From contig CAZWGZ010000003.1 in assembly GCA_964633395.1 (NCBI GenBank), forward strand, positions 1 to 43,447: a stretch of DNA of 43,447 nt, in the 5' to 3' direction. The position numbers and the translations under genes were made by a program. The stretch is from an uncultured Rhodobacterales bacterium (GTDB lineage: Bacteria > Pseudomonadota > Alphaproteobacteria > Puniceispirillales > Marisalimonadaceae). The first letter of the stretch is position 1; each line of letters starts with the position of its first letter. Below, in pieces: positions 17,106 through 25,520 of this stretch. The notes beneath the pieces are model-generated. The model was not told the DNA's origin. It saw only the letters and a program-made list of their open reading frames with translations, and made no database searches.

Positions 17106-18497
17106 TTAAATAAGCCTCGGAAGCCATAGGCCCATTTCTGGCTGATAGATTACTAATGACAAACCTACTAACTGAATACACACAAATGGAATTACACCTC
17201 TATAAATACTTAGCGTTGCAACTTCTGGAGGAGCCACACCTTTCAAGTAAAACAAGGCAAAACCAAATGGTGGGGTAAGAAATGATGTTTGTAAGTTTAT
17301 AGCCATCAAGACTAAAAACCAAATCATTGTTTCCTTTCTTCCATCAAGACCAGTTAACTGTGTTACATGATCTCCAAAATCAAGAAGAACAACAAGTGGC
17401 GCAAAGATTGGAAGAATAATTAATGTTATCTCCACCCAATCTAAAAAGAAACCTAGAATGAATGTCATACCCATTAATAAGAATAACAATCCCCATGATC
17501 CTAATCCAGCTTTTTCAATTAACTCTTCAACTATATAGTCTCCCCCTAGTGATCTAAACACATAAGCAAAACAGGTGGCGCTTATAATAATCAAAAACAC
17601 CATTGAAATAGTAAGACCTGAAGAATGCATAACACTTCTGAGCATTGGGAAAGAGAATTTACCCCCTATAATTGCAAGCATAGTAGCACCAAAAGCTCCA
17701 ACTGCTCCAGCTTCACTTGGAGTCGCCCAACCAAGAAGTATAGAACCTTTAATCAACGCTATTAATGTTACTGGAGGTAAAAATGCTTTAAGAACCATTA
17801 TTGGTAATTTTCCTTTTTCATATTGCATATCTTCTTCTTTAATAGCAGGAGCAACTTTTGGATCTACTGAAGCCCATATGAAAATGAATATCAAATACAT
17901 CAATGCAAGAGTTAATCCTGGCATTAGCGCACCCATAAACAAGTTACCAACTGAGACTTGCATAATATCAGCCATAATAATTAACATAATACTAGGTGGT
18001 ATAAGAATACCTAAGGTACCAGAAGCCGCTATAACACCAGTTGCCAAAGCATGACTGTATTTTGCTTTAATCATTGGAGGCAAAGCCAAAGCGGTCATCA
18101 TAGTTACCGAGGCACCAATTATACCAGTCATTGCAGCAAGAACAGTTCCCATAACTGTAACTGACATAGCCAAACCACCAGGAACTTTTCTTAGCATTAT
18201 CTGAGTGGTTCTTAGTAAATCGTTGGCAATACCACTTCTTTCCATCATGGTTCCCATAAAGACAAAACTTGGTATAGCTACTAAAATTAGATTTTCTGCG
18301 GAAAAACCCCAAATTCTTGGTACAAAATTGAAAAACTCTGCAAATCTAAAAACTCCAAACAGATAACCTATGAAACCGTACGTTATAGCAACACCACCAA
18401 GTATAAAGCCAACAGGATATCCTATGAAAAGTAAGATTCCCATCGTCACAAACATAAAAATTGGTAAATACTCAATTATTATTTCAACAAAATGCAT
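17106..18497 (-). CDS. dctM: TRAP transporter large permease subunit
   Basis: About 463 aa and polytopic, with typical DctM repeats (e.g. GIIGASVTMMTALALP; LTPPFGFALFYLKGVAP). I prefer the ATG at 18497 (MHFVEII) over the track's GTG at 18509. That ATG overlaps the upstream stop (TAATG) and is preceded by GGGGG. Confidence 0.9.
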   Translation of the reverse strand: MHFVEIIIEYLPIFMFVTMGILLFIGYPVGFILGGVAITYGFIGYLFGVFRFAEFFNFVPRIWGFSAENLILVAIPSFVFMGTMMERSGIANDLLRTTQIMLRKVPGGLAMSVTVMGTVLAAMTGIIGASVTMMTALALPPMIKAKYSHALATGVIAASGTLGILIPPSIMLIIMADIMQVSVGNLFMGALMPGLTLALMYLIFIFIWASVDPKVAPAIKEEDMQYEKGKLPIMVLKAFLPPVTLIALIKGSILLGWATPSEAGAVGAFGATMLAIIGGKFSFPMLRSVMHSSGLTISMVFLIIISATCFAYVFRSLGGDYIVEELIEKAGLGSWGLLFLLMGMTFILGFFLDWVEITLIILPIFAPLVVLLDFGDHVTQLTGLDGRKETMIWFLVLMAINLQTSFLTPPFGFALFYLKGVAPPEVATLSIYRGVIPFVCIQLVGLSLVIYQPEMGLWLPRLI

Positions 18498-18976
18498 TAC
18501 TGCCCCCACACTCTCTTTTTATTATTAATTTCATTATCTTCATTATATTTTTGCCAACCGACAATTTTAATAACTCTTAAACCATATTTGACTGACAAAA
18601 GAAAAAGGCAAACAAAAATAGTTAAAGGTAATACAGATGCATTAGCTATTAAAGCTTCATAAAAACTAATGGCGATTATAATAGATGGTCCAGCTGAAAT
18701 TATATAAGACGAAATCAGGTCATTCTTCCTTACAACTCCAAAAATCGAACCTATAACTCCAACAGAGGCAACTATCCATAATAAATAGATTATATTATTG
18801 GTTTCGAAAAAAGTTAGAATAGCTGCTAGAGCTATAATTCCAAATAAGCTTCCAACAAAAATACCATACGCAACTAATTCGTATTGAGATTGAGCCAAAG
18901 TCAAATTTTTAGCTTTTGTTAAGTATGGAGTTTTTTGCTTATCAAACACATACCCTGGAACTTTTGAAAACCACAT
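18497..18976 (-). CDS. Uncharacterised 4-TM membrane protein embedded in the TRAP operon
   Basis: 159 aa with four clear hydrophobic helices (e.g. YGIFVGSLFGIIALAAILTFF; IIYLLWIVASVGVIGSIFGVV). I recognise no motif. It lies 31 nt after dctQ, and its stop overlaps the dctM ATG, with the dctM SD inside its last codons. Confidence 0.65.
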   Translation of the reverse strand: MWFSKVPGYVFDKQKTPYLTKAKNLTLAQSQYELVAYGIFVGSLFGIIALAAILTFFETNNIIYLLWIVASVGVIGSIFGVVRKNDLISSYIISAGPSIIIAISFYEALIANASVLPLTIFVCLFLLSVKYGLRVIKIVGWQKYNEDNEINNKKRVWGQ

Positions 18977-19007
18977 AATTTATCTCACAACAACTTGCTG
19001 AGTTGAT

Positions 19008-19622
19008 TTATTTTTTTTCATCATAATCTAAGATCATAAGATTTAATTTCTTTTTATTGTCACCCCAAATTACAGCTACTAACTGTATCATAACTGACAT
19101 CCCCCCTAAGAAAAGGAAGAAACAACCAACTGGTAGATATGTTTTAATAACCCATCTATTACTTAACCCAACTAAAGAAGCTGAAACTTCATTAATTTCA
19201 TAAGAGTCCATTGTATAGATTATAGCAAAATACATACACACAAGTGTAAAAGGTAACATAAAGAATATATTACCAAAAAACTCAACCATAGCTTTGGTTT
19301 TAAATTTCATATTTTCTCGAATAAAGTCAACTCTAACATGCCTATTATGTGTATATCCCATACCTAGCACCAAACAGAAAACTGCTGTATGAAGGTGCCA
19401 TTCCATTTCCTGCATTAAAGTAGATTCAAAAAAAGAGCCAAAATTTTCTACCATAAATATTTGAATCCAGACTAATTTTCTAGCTACCACATCCCACATT
19501 GTTATTAAAACTAGAGGAACTAAAAGCCATGTACCTGCTCGACCAACTCTATTAACAAGTTCTCGAAGCATTTCACTTATTGAGATAAGACCTTCCATAT
19601 TTTTTTCTGTAAGACCCGCCAT
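19008..19622 (-). CDS. dctQ: TRAP transporter small permease subunit
   Basis: 204 aa and 4 TM. It contains MQEMEWHLHTAVFCLVLGMGYTHNRHVRVDF, typical of the DctQ family (the 'mannitol/chloroaromatic' TRAP subgroup). The SD GGGGGA lies upstream. Confidence 0.85.
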   Translation of the reverse strand: MAGLTEKNMEGLISISEMLRELVNRVGRAGTWLLVPLVLITMWDVVARKLVWIQIFMVENFGSFFESTLMQEMEWHLHTAVFCLVLGMGYTHNRHVRVDFIRENMKFKTKAMVEFFGNIFFMLPFTLVCMYFAIIYTMDSYEINEVSASLVGLSNRWVIKTYLPVGCFFLFLGGMSVMIQLVAVIWGDNKKKLNLMILDYDEKK

Positions 19623-19710
19623 GATTTTCCCCCAGTCAAGATTTAATAAGTTTGTATTTCAAAACACTTAACTTATTAAATATAATAATTCAAATATATT
19701 TTTAGAAAAA

Positions 19711-19748
19711 TAGAAAAAAGCACACCTATATTTAAATAGGTGCGCTTA
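19711..19748 (-). terminator. Rho-independent terminator/attenuator between dctP and dctQ
   Basis: The minus-strand RNA reads GCGCACCUAU-UUAAAU-AUAGGUGUGC followed by UUUUUU. The plus-strand stem halves are 19720-19729 and 19736-19745. The stem is 10 bp with one G-U pair. It begins about 11 nt after the dctP stop. Confidence 0.75.
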
Positions 19749-19756
19749 TTATTTTT

Positions 19757-20821
19757 TTAGTACTTCATTCCTTGCTTTAAATAAGCTTTACTGGACCAAA
19801 TACTATAGTCTGCCCTGAAAGCGTCATAACTTGCAGTGATTTCCTTGAATAAAGGATCTGAAGCTGACTTTTCTACTACAACTTCATCCCAAGCTTTTTT
19901 AAACTTAGAAATTTCAGAATCAGGCCAAGTAACAAATGTTACGCCCTTCTTCTCAAGTTCACGCATGGCTGGAACTTGTTTAGCGTCAGATCTAACAAGA
20001 GCCCACCACATAGTGTCACGACATGCTGCGTCAATGACAGACTGTTGTGTTTTTGTTAAAGCACCCCAAGCCTTTTTATTCATTAACAATTCACCAATTG
20101 ATGTCTGCTGATGCCATCCTGGGAAATAGTTAAACTTAGCTAATTGGTAAAAACCATAACTTAAGTCATGAGTAGGCATTGAAAATTCAGTTGCATCAAT
20201 AACACCTTTTTCAAGAGCTGGGTAAATATCTCCACCAGCTAATAGCTGAGTTGACACACCAAGCTTACTCATAACCATTGCACCAAGTCCAAAGAAACGC
20301 ATTTTCATTCCTTTTAACTCTTCAACTTTGGTGATTTTCTTACGAAACCAACCTGAAGTCTCAGGAGCATGTGTTAAACAGTTAAGAGCTTGCAAACCAT
20401 AATCGCCATAGATTCTGTCCTTTAATTGCTGACCGCCACCATATTCCATCCAACCATGGTACTCACTTGCACCAGGACCAAAAGGAACAGCTGTAAAGTA
20501 AGAAACTGCAGGAATTTTTCCAGCATGATAACCAGGTGTTGTATAACCTGCATCTACTGCACCATTCTTAACAGCATCCCAAACTTCTAATGAAGGTACA
20601 AGAGCGTTTGGCTCATGGAACCTTAATTGAACGTCACCACCTGAGATTGCTTTAACTTTATTTGAAAAGTAAACGGCAGCTTCACCATTAATGGCAACTT
20701 GACTACCCCAAGTACTTTGCATCTTCCAACGTAGTTTTTCACCAGCATTTGCTGAGATAGCTACTAAACTCGTTGCAGCAAGTGCTACAGCGCCTATAAA
20801 TAGGCTAGATTTGAATTTCAT
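19757..20821 (-). CDS. dctP: TRAP transporter periplasmic substrate-binding protein
   Basis: 354 aa. It has the signal peptide MKFKSSLFIGAVALAATSLVAISANA, followed by LRWKMQSTWGS...YFTAVPFG, typical of the DctP-type SBP subgroup that pairs with this DctQ/DctM type. There is a strong SD GGGAGGAA. Confidence 0.88.
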   Translation of the reverse strand: MKFKSSLFIGAVALAATSLVAISANAGEKLRWKMQSTWGSQVAINGEAAVYFSNKVKAISGGDVQLRFHEPNALVPSLEVWDAVKNGAVDAGYTTPGYHAGKIPAVSYFTAVPFGPGASEYHGWMEYGGGQQLKDRIYGDYGLQALNCLTHAPETSGWFRKKITKVEELKGMKMRFFGLGAMVMSKLGVSTQLLAGGDIYPALEKGVIDATEFSMPTHDLSYGFYQLAKFNYFPGWHQQTSIGELLMNKKAWGALTKTQQSVIDAACRDTMWWALVRSDAKQVPAMRELEKKGVTFVTWPDSEISKFKKAWDEVVVEKSASDPLFKEITASYDAFRADYSIWSSKAYLKQGMKY

Positions 20822-21008
20822 AGAATTCCTCCCTAGTATTAAATTAAAGATTACATTTGGATTAATTAAAATTTCCCCAAATAATAATCCGACTAAAAGA
20901 AACTATTGTGTTTCTCAATTGGGTGTATCTTCTCAATTATTAAAATAAAATCAAGAAGTTTTAATTAAAAATGTGATTTTATTATTTTTTATATCAATAT
21001 TTTTTTGA

Positions 21009-21824
21009 TTATTCTGGGTCGTCATAATGACCAGCTGAGGCAAAATAACCACCATGCGTTCTAACAAGAGCATCTTTAGAATCAACAAAACCATGCTTCT
21101 CTTCTACCTTGCCTCTATACTCTTCAGCATTGTCTTTAGGCTTATAACCTATATGATTCGCAAATTTATTATCTATTAGAATGGAATCGTTATTAGACAC
21201 TCCAAAAATAATAGAATGTTCTACATTTGAAGTTTCCATACACGCTTTAATCAATCTTCGTAAATCGTTATAACTTAACCATGTCGATAAAACTCTTTGA
21301 TTTTCCGGTTCAGGTGTAGATGAATATATTCTAATAGAAACTGTCTCAATTTGATATTTATCCCAATAATATTGAGCTAATGATTCGCCAAACACTTTCG
21401 ATAAACCATAATTACTATCTGGTCTTGGCATTACTTTATTATCTACAACTTGAGACCTAGGATAGAAACCAACGGTATGAACGGAACTAGCCCATATAAC
21501 TCGTTTAACGTTATTTTTACGACATCCTTCGTATAAATTATACATACCTATAATATTAGAGTTTAAAACATTGCTCCATGAGCCTTCAATACTCTGACCT
21601 CCCATATGGACAACGCAATCAATATTTTTGGTTAAATCCAACATTTGATTTTCATTAGATAAATCTGCTTGAGTAACCTCTTCATTTTGAAACGTTTTCT
21701 TTAATATCTCTCTATCAGAAATCCTCAATGATTTACAAACTTTTGATAGAGGCTCTCTTAGCTGGTCACCTAAAGCTCCTGCGGCGCCAGTTAATAATAT
21801 ATTTTCATATTTAAAATTAGACAT
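21009..21824 (-). CDS. udh: Uronate dehydrogenase-like NAD-dependent oxidoreductase
   Basis: 271 aa. LLTGAAGALG, NIIGMYNLYEG, RPDSNYGLSKVFGESLAQYYWDKY, SSTPEPENQRVLSTWLSYNDL, GYKPKDNAEE and DALVRTHGG closely track the Agrobacterium Udh sequence as I remember it. Confidence 0.65.
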   Translation of the reverse strand: MSNFKYENILLTGAAGALGDQLREPLSKVCKSLRISDREILKKTFQNEEVTQADLSNENQMLDLTKNIDCVVHMGGQSIEGSWSNVLNSNIIGMYNLYEGCRKNNVKRVIWASSVHTVGFYPRSQVVDNKVMPRPDSNYGLSKVFGESLAQYYWDKYQIETVSIRIYSSTPEPENQRVLSTWLSYNDLRRLIKACMETSNVEHSIIFGVSNNDSILIDNKFANHIGYKPKDNAEEYRGKVEEKHGFVDSKDALVRTHGGYFASAGHYDDPE

Positions 21825-21840
21825 GTTTAACTCCTTTAAT

Positions 21841-22716
21841 TTATTGCCTCTTTAAATGTTCTCTCCAAAACGTGAATAATCCAGCTGAAATGACAATCAC
21901 AGATCCCAAAATGACTTCTGATTCTAATGTTTCATCAAATATCATTACACCTATAATTGAAACAAAAACTAAATGAAGATATGTAAATGGTTGTAATAAA
22001 GACGCTTCACTATATTTAAATGCATTTATCATTAAATAATGCCCTCCTGCACCCAAACAACAAACTATAAGTATCAAAATCCAATGAAAACTATCTACTG
22101 GTGTGTAAAAAAAAGGTCCCACAACAGTAAGTAAAACAAAACCAGTAAGACCAGTATAAAAGAGACTTGTATCTGTACTATCTTCACTTGATACATACCT
22201 AGTTAAAATTTGATAAACAGCAAAGGCAAACGCACAAGCTAAAGCAATTAATGATAATGGGTCAAAAACTTTCGTACCTGGCTTTAGCATGATTAAAATA
22301 CCAATAAAGCCTATTAAAATAGCCGTCCACCTTCTCCAGCCTACTTTCTCATTTAAAAAGAATACTGATAAAACAGCAACGATAAGGGGACAACTAGCAA
22401 AAATAGCGTGCGTCTCTATCAAACCTACCTTTAAGAATAGATAATGCGCAAAACACATTTCAATAGCCAGAATGGACCCCCGAATAAGCTGTATTAATTT
22501 AAATTTGGTTCTAGAAACATAGATAATACTTTTATGTTTTTGACTACTTATTAGAATTACAAATGAAAATAAAAATAAATATCTGAACATATTAATTGTA
22601 ATTACATTATAATAATCAGTTAAATACCTTGTGAAACCATCCATTAAAGAAAGGCAAAAAATTGCCGAAATCATATATGTAATGCCAGTAGAGTTTGATG
22701 ATCTTGAGGAATTCAT
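21841..22716 (-). CDS. DMT-superfamily (EamA-like) transporter
   Basis: About 291 aa with 10 predicted TM segments in two EamA-like halves. I moved the start to the ATG at 22716 (MNSSRSS...). The track's 22803 start would overlap the upstream gene by 62 nt. Confidence 0.75.
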   Translation of the reverse strand: MNSSRSSNSTGITYMISAIFCLSLMDGFTRYLTDYYNVITINMFRYLFLFSFVILISSQKHKSIIYVSRTKFKLIQLIRGSILAIEMCFAHYLFLKVGLIETHAIFASCPLIVAVLSVFFLNEKVGWRRWTAILIGFIGILIMLKPGTKVFDPLSLIALACAFAFAVYQILTRYVSSEDSTDTSLFYTGLTGFVLLTVVGPFFYTPVDSFHWILILIVCCLGAGGHYLMINAFKYSEASLLQPFTYLHLVFVSIIGVMIFDETLESEVILGSVIVISAGLFTFWREHLKRQ

Positions 22717-22741
22717 CTCTTTTTCTTTATAATAAATAAAA

Positions 22742-23623
22742 TTAATAAAAGTTGATTGTACTTTGTATTCCATCGTTAAGACTTGTATATTGAAATTTTT
22801 CAAAAAATTCAGAAGGATGCTTACCTAAGATTTCATCCACAACAGCTAATCCTTCGCCCTTAATTGTTAAATTTGCAAGAGGTATATTTTTTTTAATTAT
22901 CGCTGCAAAGGTTTCAACACTTGCCGTTATACCATTTATATTTATTACATTTGCTCCAAGAGGGGATTTCTCCATAGACATTTGAACTAAATTGGCAACA
23001 TCAGCTATGTACACAAAACCTGCACTCCCTGAAAAATTAATATTATGTGGGTAGCCTTGTTTAGCTGCCTTACAAGCTAATGTTACCCCAGCCGTACCAC
23101 CAATCTCTCTTCCAGGCCCATAAATCACAAATGGTCGTATACCTAAACTCGAAATTTTATTTTCATTAAAATATGCTCTAGCAACACCTTCAACTGCTAA
23201 TTTATAGGCACCATAATGAGTTTCTGGTAAAGGATAGTATTGGTCTTCTTGACCAAAAATCCCAGCGCTACTTGCATAAATAAGAAATGATATACGCTTT
23301 TTCTTAACTGCTTCAAAAACATTAATTGAACCTATAATATTTACTTGTGCTCCTAAAACAGGATTTTTACTGCAATCCGGTGTCATCAAACCAGCAAGAT
23401 TTATAACATATTTTATGTTATTTATAGAAGACAACACTTGATCATAATCAGTGATGTCACCAGAGATGAATTTAATCTTAGAAATTTCTTTACCTAGTAA
23501 TTTAGTAAGTAAACTTTTATCAATATTTAAATCAAATATTGTAACTTTGTAACTAGACTTTATGAGTTTAGCAACAACCCAGCTTCCAAGAAAGCCTGAG
23601 CCGCCAAATATAATAACTTCCAT
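22742..23623 (-). CDS. NAD-dependent epimerase/dehydratase-family (extended SDR) protein
   Basis: It has IIFGGSGFLGSW (GxxGxxG) and YGAYKLA (YxxxK). I moved the start to the ATG at 23623 (MEVIIFGG), which has GAGGAA upstream. The longer track ORF overlaps the esterase gene. Confidence 0.8.
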   Translation of the reverse strand: MEVIIFGGSGFLGSWVVAKLIKSSYKVTIFDLNIDKSLLTKLLGKEISKIKFISGDITDYDQVLSSINNIKYVINLAGLMTPDCSKNPVLGAQVNIIGSINVFEAVKKKRISFLIYASSAGIFGQEDQYYPLPETHYGAYKLAVEGVARAYFNENKISSLGIRPFVIYGPGREIGGTAGVTLACKAAKQGYPHNINFSGSAGFVYIADVANLVQMSMEKSPLGANVININGITASVETFAAIIKKNIPLANLTIKGEGLAVVDEILGKHPSEFFEKFQYTSLNDGIQSTINFY

Positions 23624-23636
23624 TATTTCATTTCCT

Positions 23637-24581
23637 CTAACTAACCATCGACTTTGCTGCATTACCTATTTCTCTAATACAATCTAATGATTTAGGAAAG
23701 TGTTTAGAATTTGATAAAAATCCATGTATTTGTCCAGAGTACAATTTATAAGAAACTTTATTATCAAAATATTTTAATCTATTAGTATAAGCAATACCTT
23801 CATCTAACAGAGGATCTAATCCAGCGGCAAAAATATAAGTTTCTGGCATATTTTCTAAATTAGGCGCAAATAAAGGTGAAGCTTCCCAGTCTACTGATTG
23901 CATTTTATTTTCTAAATAATGATCAACAAAATAAGCCATAGTGTCATATGTTAGTGTCATGCCATCTAAGTAAATATCCATAGAACGCATTGAAAGTGTT
24001 AAATCAACACAAGGGTATATTAGAATTTGACCTTTAATTGGAATTGTTAAATTTTTGTTAGAATTAATAGCTAAAACTGTTGCTAAATTCCCACCTGCAC
24101 TATCCCCACATACAAAAATATTACTAATATCTAGGTTAAATTTATCTTTAAACAGAGATAGTGATTGAAGAACATCTTTGGCCTCATTCAAGGCAATAGG
24201 AAATTTGCTTTCTGGAGACAAACTATAATCAACTGCTATAACAATCATTTCTGATTCAATACAAATAGAGCGGCAAGTAAAATCATGTGTATCTAAATTT
24301 CCCATTACAAAACCACCTCCATGAAAAAATAGGATTACAGGATTTTTAATATTTTTTTTATAGGATTTTGGAAAATAAAATCTTAATTTTATATTTTGGT
24401 TATTTCTACCGAGGATCTGAATATTTTCTATATTAAGCACTTCTGGTAATAATAAATTATCTTTTTTAAGCTGATCCAATCGTTCTGTTCTTAATTCATT
24501 AGGAGTAAAAGTATGATGTGGATGAGATTTTAAATTACATCTATTTTGTAAAAATATTTTTGTTTCATCATCTATTTTCAT
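23637..24581 (-). CDS. Alpha/beta hydrolase fold-3 esterase/lipase (hormone-sensitive-lipase family)
   Basis: 314 aa. It has the oxyanion HGGGF, the nucleophile GDSAGGN and C-terminal QIHGF (catalytic His). Confidence 0.85.
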   Translation of the reverse strand: MKIDDETKIFLQNRCNLKSHPHHTFTPNELRTERLDQLKKDNLLLPEVLNIENIQILGRNNQNIKLRFYFPKSYKKNIKNPVILFFHGGGFVMGNLDTHDFTCRSICIESEMIVIAVDYSLSPESKFPIALNEAKDVLQSLSLFKDKFNLDISNIFVCGDSAGGNLATVLAINSNKNLTIPIKGQILIYPCVDLTLSMRSMDIYLDGMTLTYDTMAYFVDHYLENKMQSVDWEASPLFAPNLENMPETYIFAAGLDPLLDEGIAYTNRLKYFDNKVSYKLYSGQIHGFLSNSKHFPKSLDCIREIGNAAKSMVS

Positions 24582-24636
24582 AATTATTATTTCCTATAAA
24601 ATTACATGTAATTTTTATCTTTGATATTTTTATTTA

Positions 24637-25401
24637 CTAGTGAGACCTGATCCACTTTGGAATAATCCCTGTTTCTAATGATTGGCTAATAAAGTAAGCA
24701 GCATCTTTAACCAGTTCAGCAAGTGTTATAATTCTGCTTTCAGAAAACCTCTCTTTTGGACCAGTGACGCTAATTGCCCCGATAACTTTATTTTTATGAT
24801 AAATTGCTACGCTTACACATTTAATTCCATATTGCCTTTCTTCATTATCAATTGAGAAACCTCGAGATCTGATAAGATCAAGTTCTTCTATTATATAATC
24901 TAGATTTGTAATTGTTTTACTGGTATATTTTTCACGACTTTGACCTATCAAATCTCTTACGTGCTTATCCGACAGACAAGCAAGGATAGCTTTACCTGTT
25001 CCTGTACAATAAGGTGGCTCGCTCTCGATCTTTACTATTTCGTTATTATTTTTTCCCATCTCATGCCTATCAATAGAAATTACATTTTGACCATCAAAAA
25101 CACATACGTGGACCGCTTCACCACTTTGATTCATTAATTTAATAGCTGGCATTCTTGAATGGCGTGGCAAATCAAGATCAGACAGAACTATGCCACTAAG
25201 GTTTATAATTCTATCTCCAAGTCTGTATAAGTCTCGACTACTATCCTGAACTATAAAACCAATATCTCTTAAGCTTTTTAATAAGCGATGAACGGTAGTT
25301 TTAGGAAGACCTGTTTTTTCTGAAATTATATTAAGGCTCAGTCTAGGTTCTGTTTTTGAAAAACAATCTAGCACTTCAGATATTTTTCTAAGTGATTTCA
25401 T
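24637..25401 (-). CDS. IclR-family transcriptional regulator
   Basis: 254 aa. It has the N-terminal wHTH LSLNIISEKTGLPKTTVHRLLKSLRDIGFI and a C-terminal IclR effector domain (GIKCVSVAIY....VIGAISVTGP). Confidence 0.9.
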   Translation of the reverse strand: MKSLRKISEVLDCFSKTEPRLSLNIISEKTGLPKTTVHRLLKSLRDIGFIVQDSSRDLYRLGDRIINLSGIVLSDLDLPRHSRMPAIKLMNQSGEAVHVCVFDGQNVISIDRHEMGKNNNEIVKIESEPPYCTGTGKAILACLSDKHVRDLIGQSREKYTSKTITNLDYIIEELDLIRSRGFSIDNEERQYGIKCVSVAIYHKNKVIGAISVTGPKERFSESRIITLAELVKDAAYFISQSLETGIIPKWIRSH

Positions 25402-25520
25402 TTAAATTTACTACAATTCCATAATACGAAACTTAAAATTAGATTACACTTACATATCCTTAAATGATCAACAACAATAATGATAAATAATTTATAAATT
25501 CCACAATGTAAAATAAGGAA

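Noticed and set aside
22717-22803. Long N-terminal extensions of the DMT (to 22803) and epimerase (to 23662) ORFs that overlap the upstream genes.
   Set aside because: Internal ATGs at 22716 and 23623 remove the overlaps, are preceded by purine-rich SD-like sequences, and give normal family N-termini.
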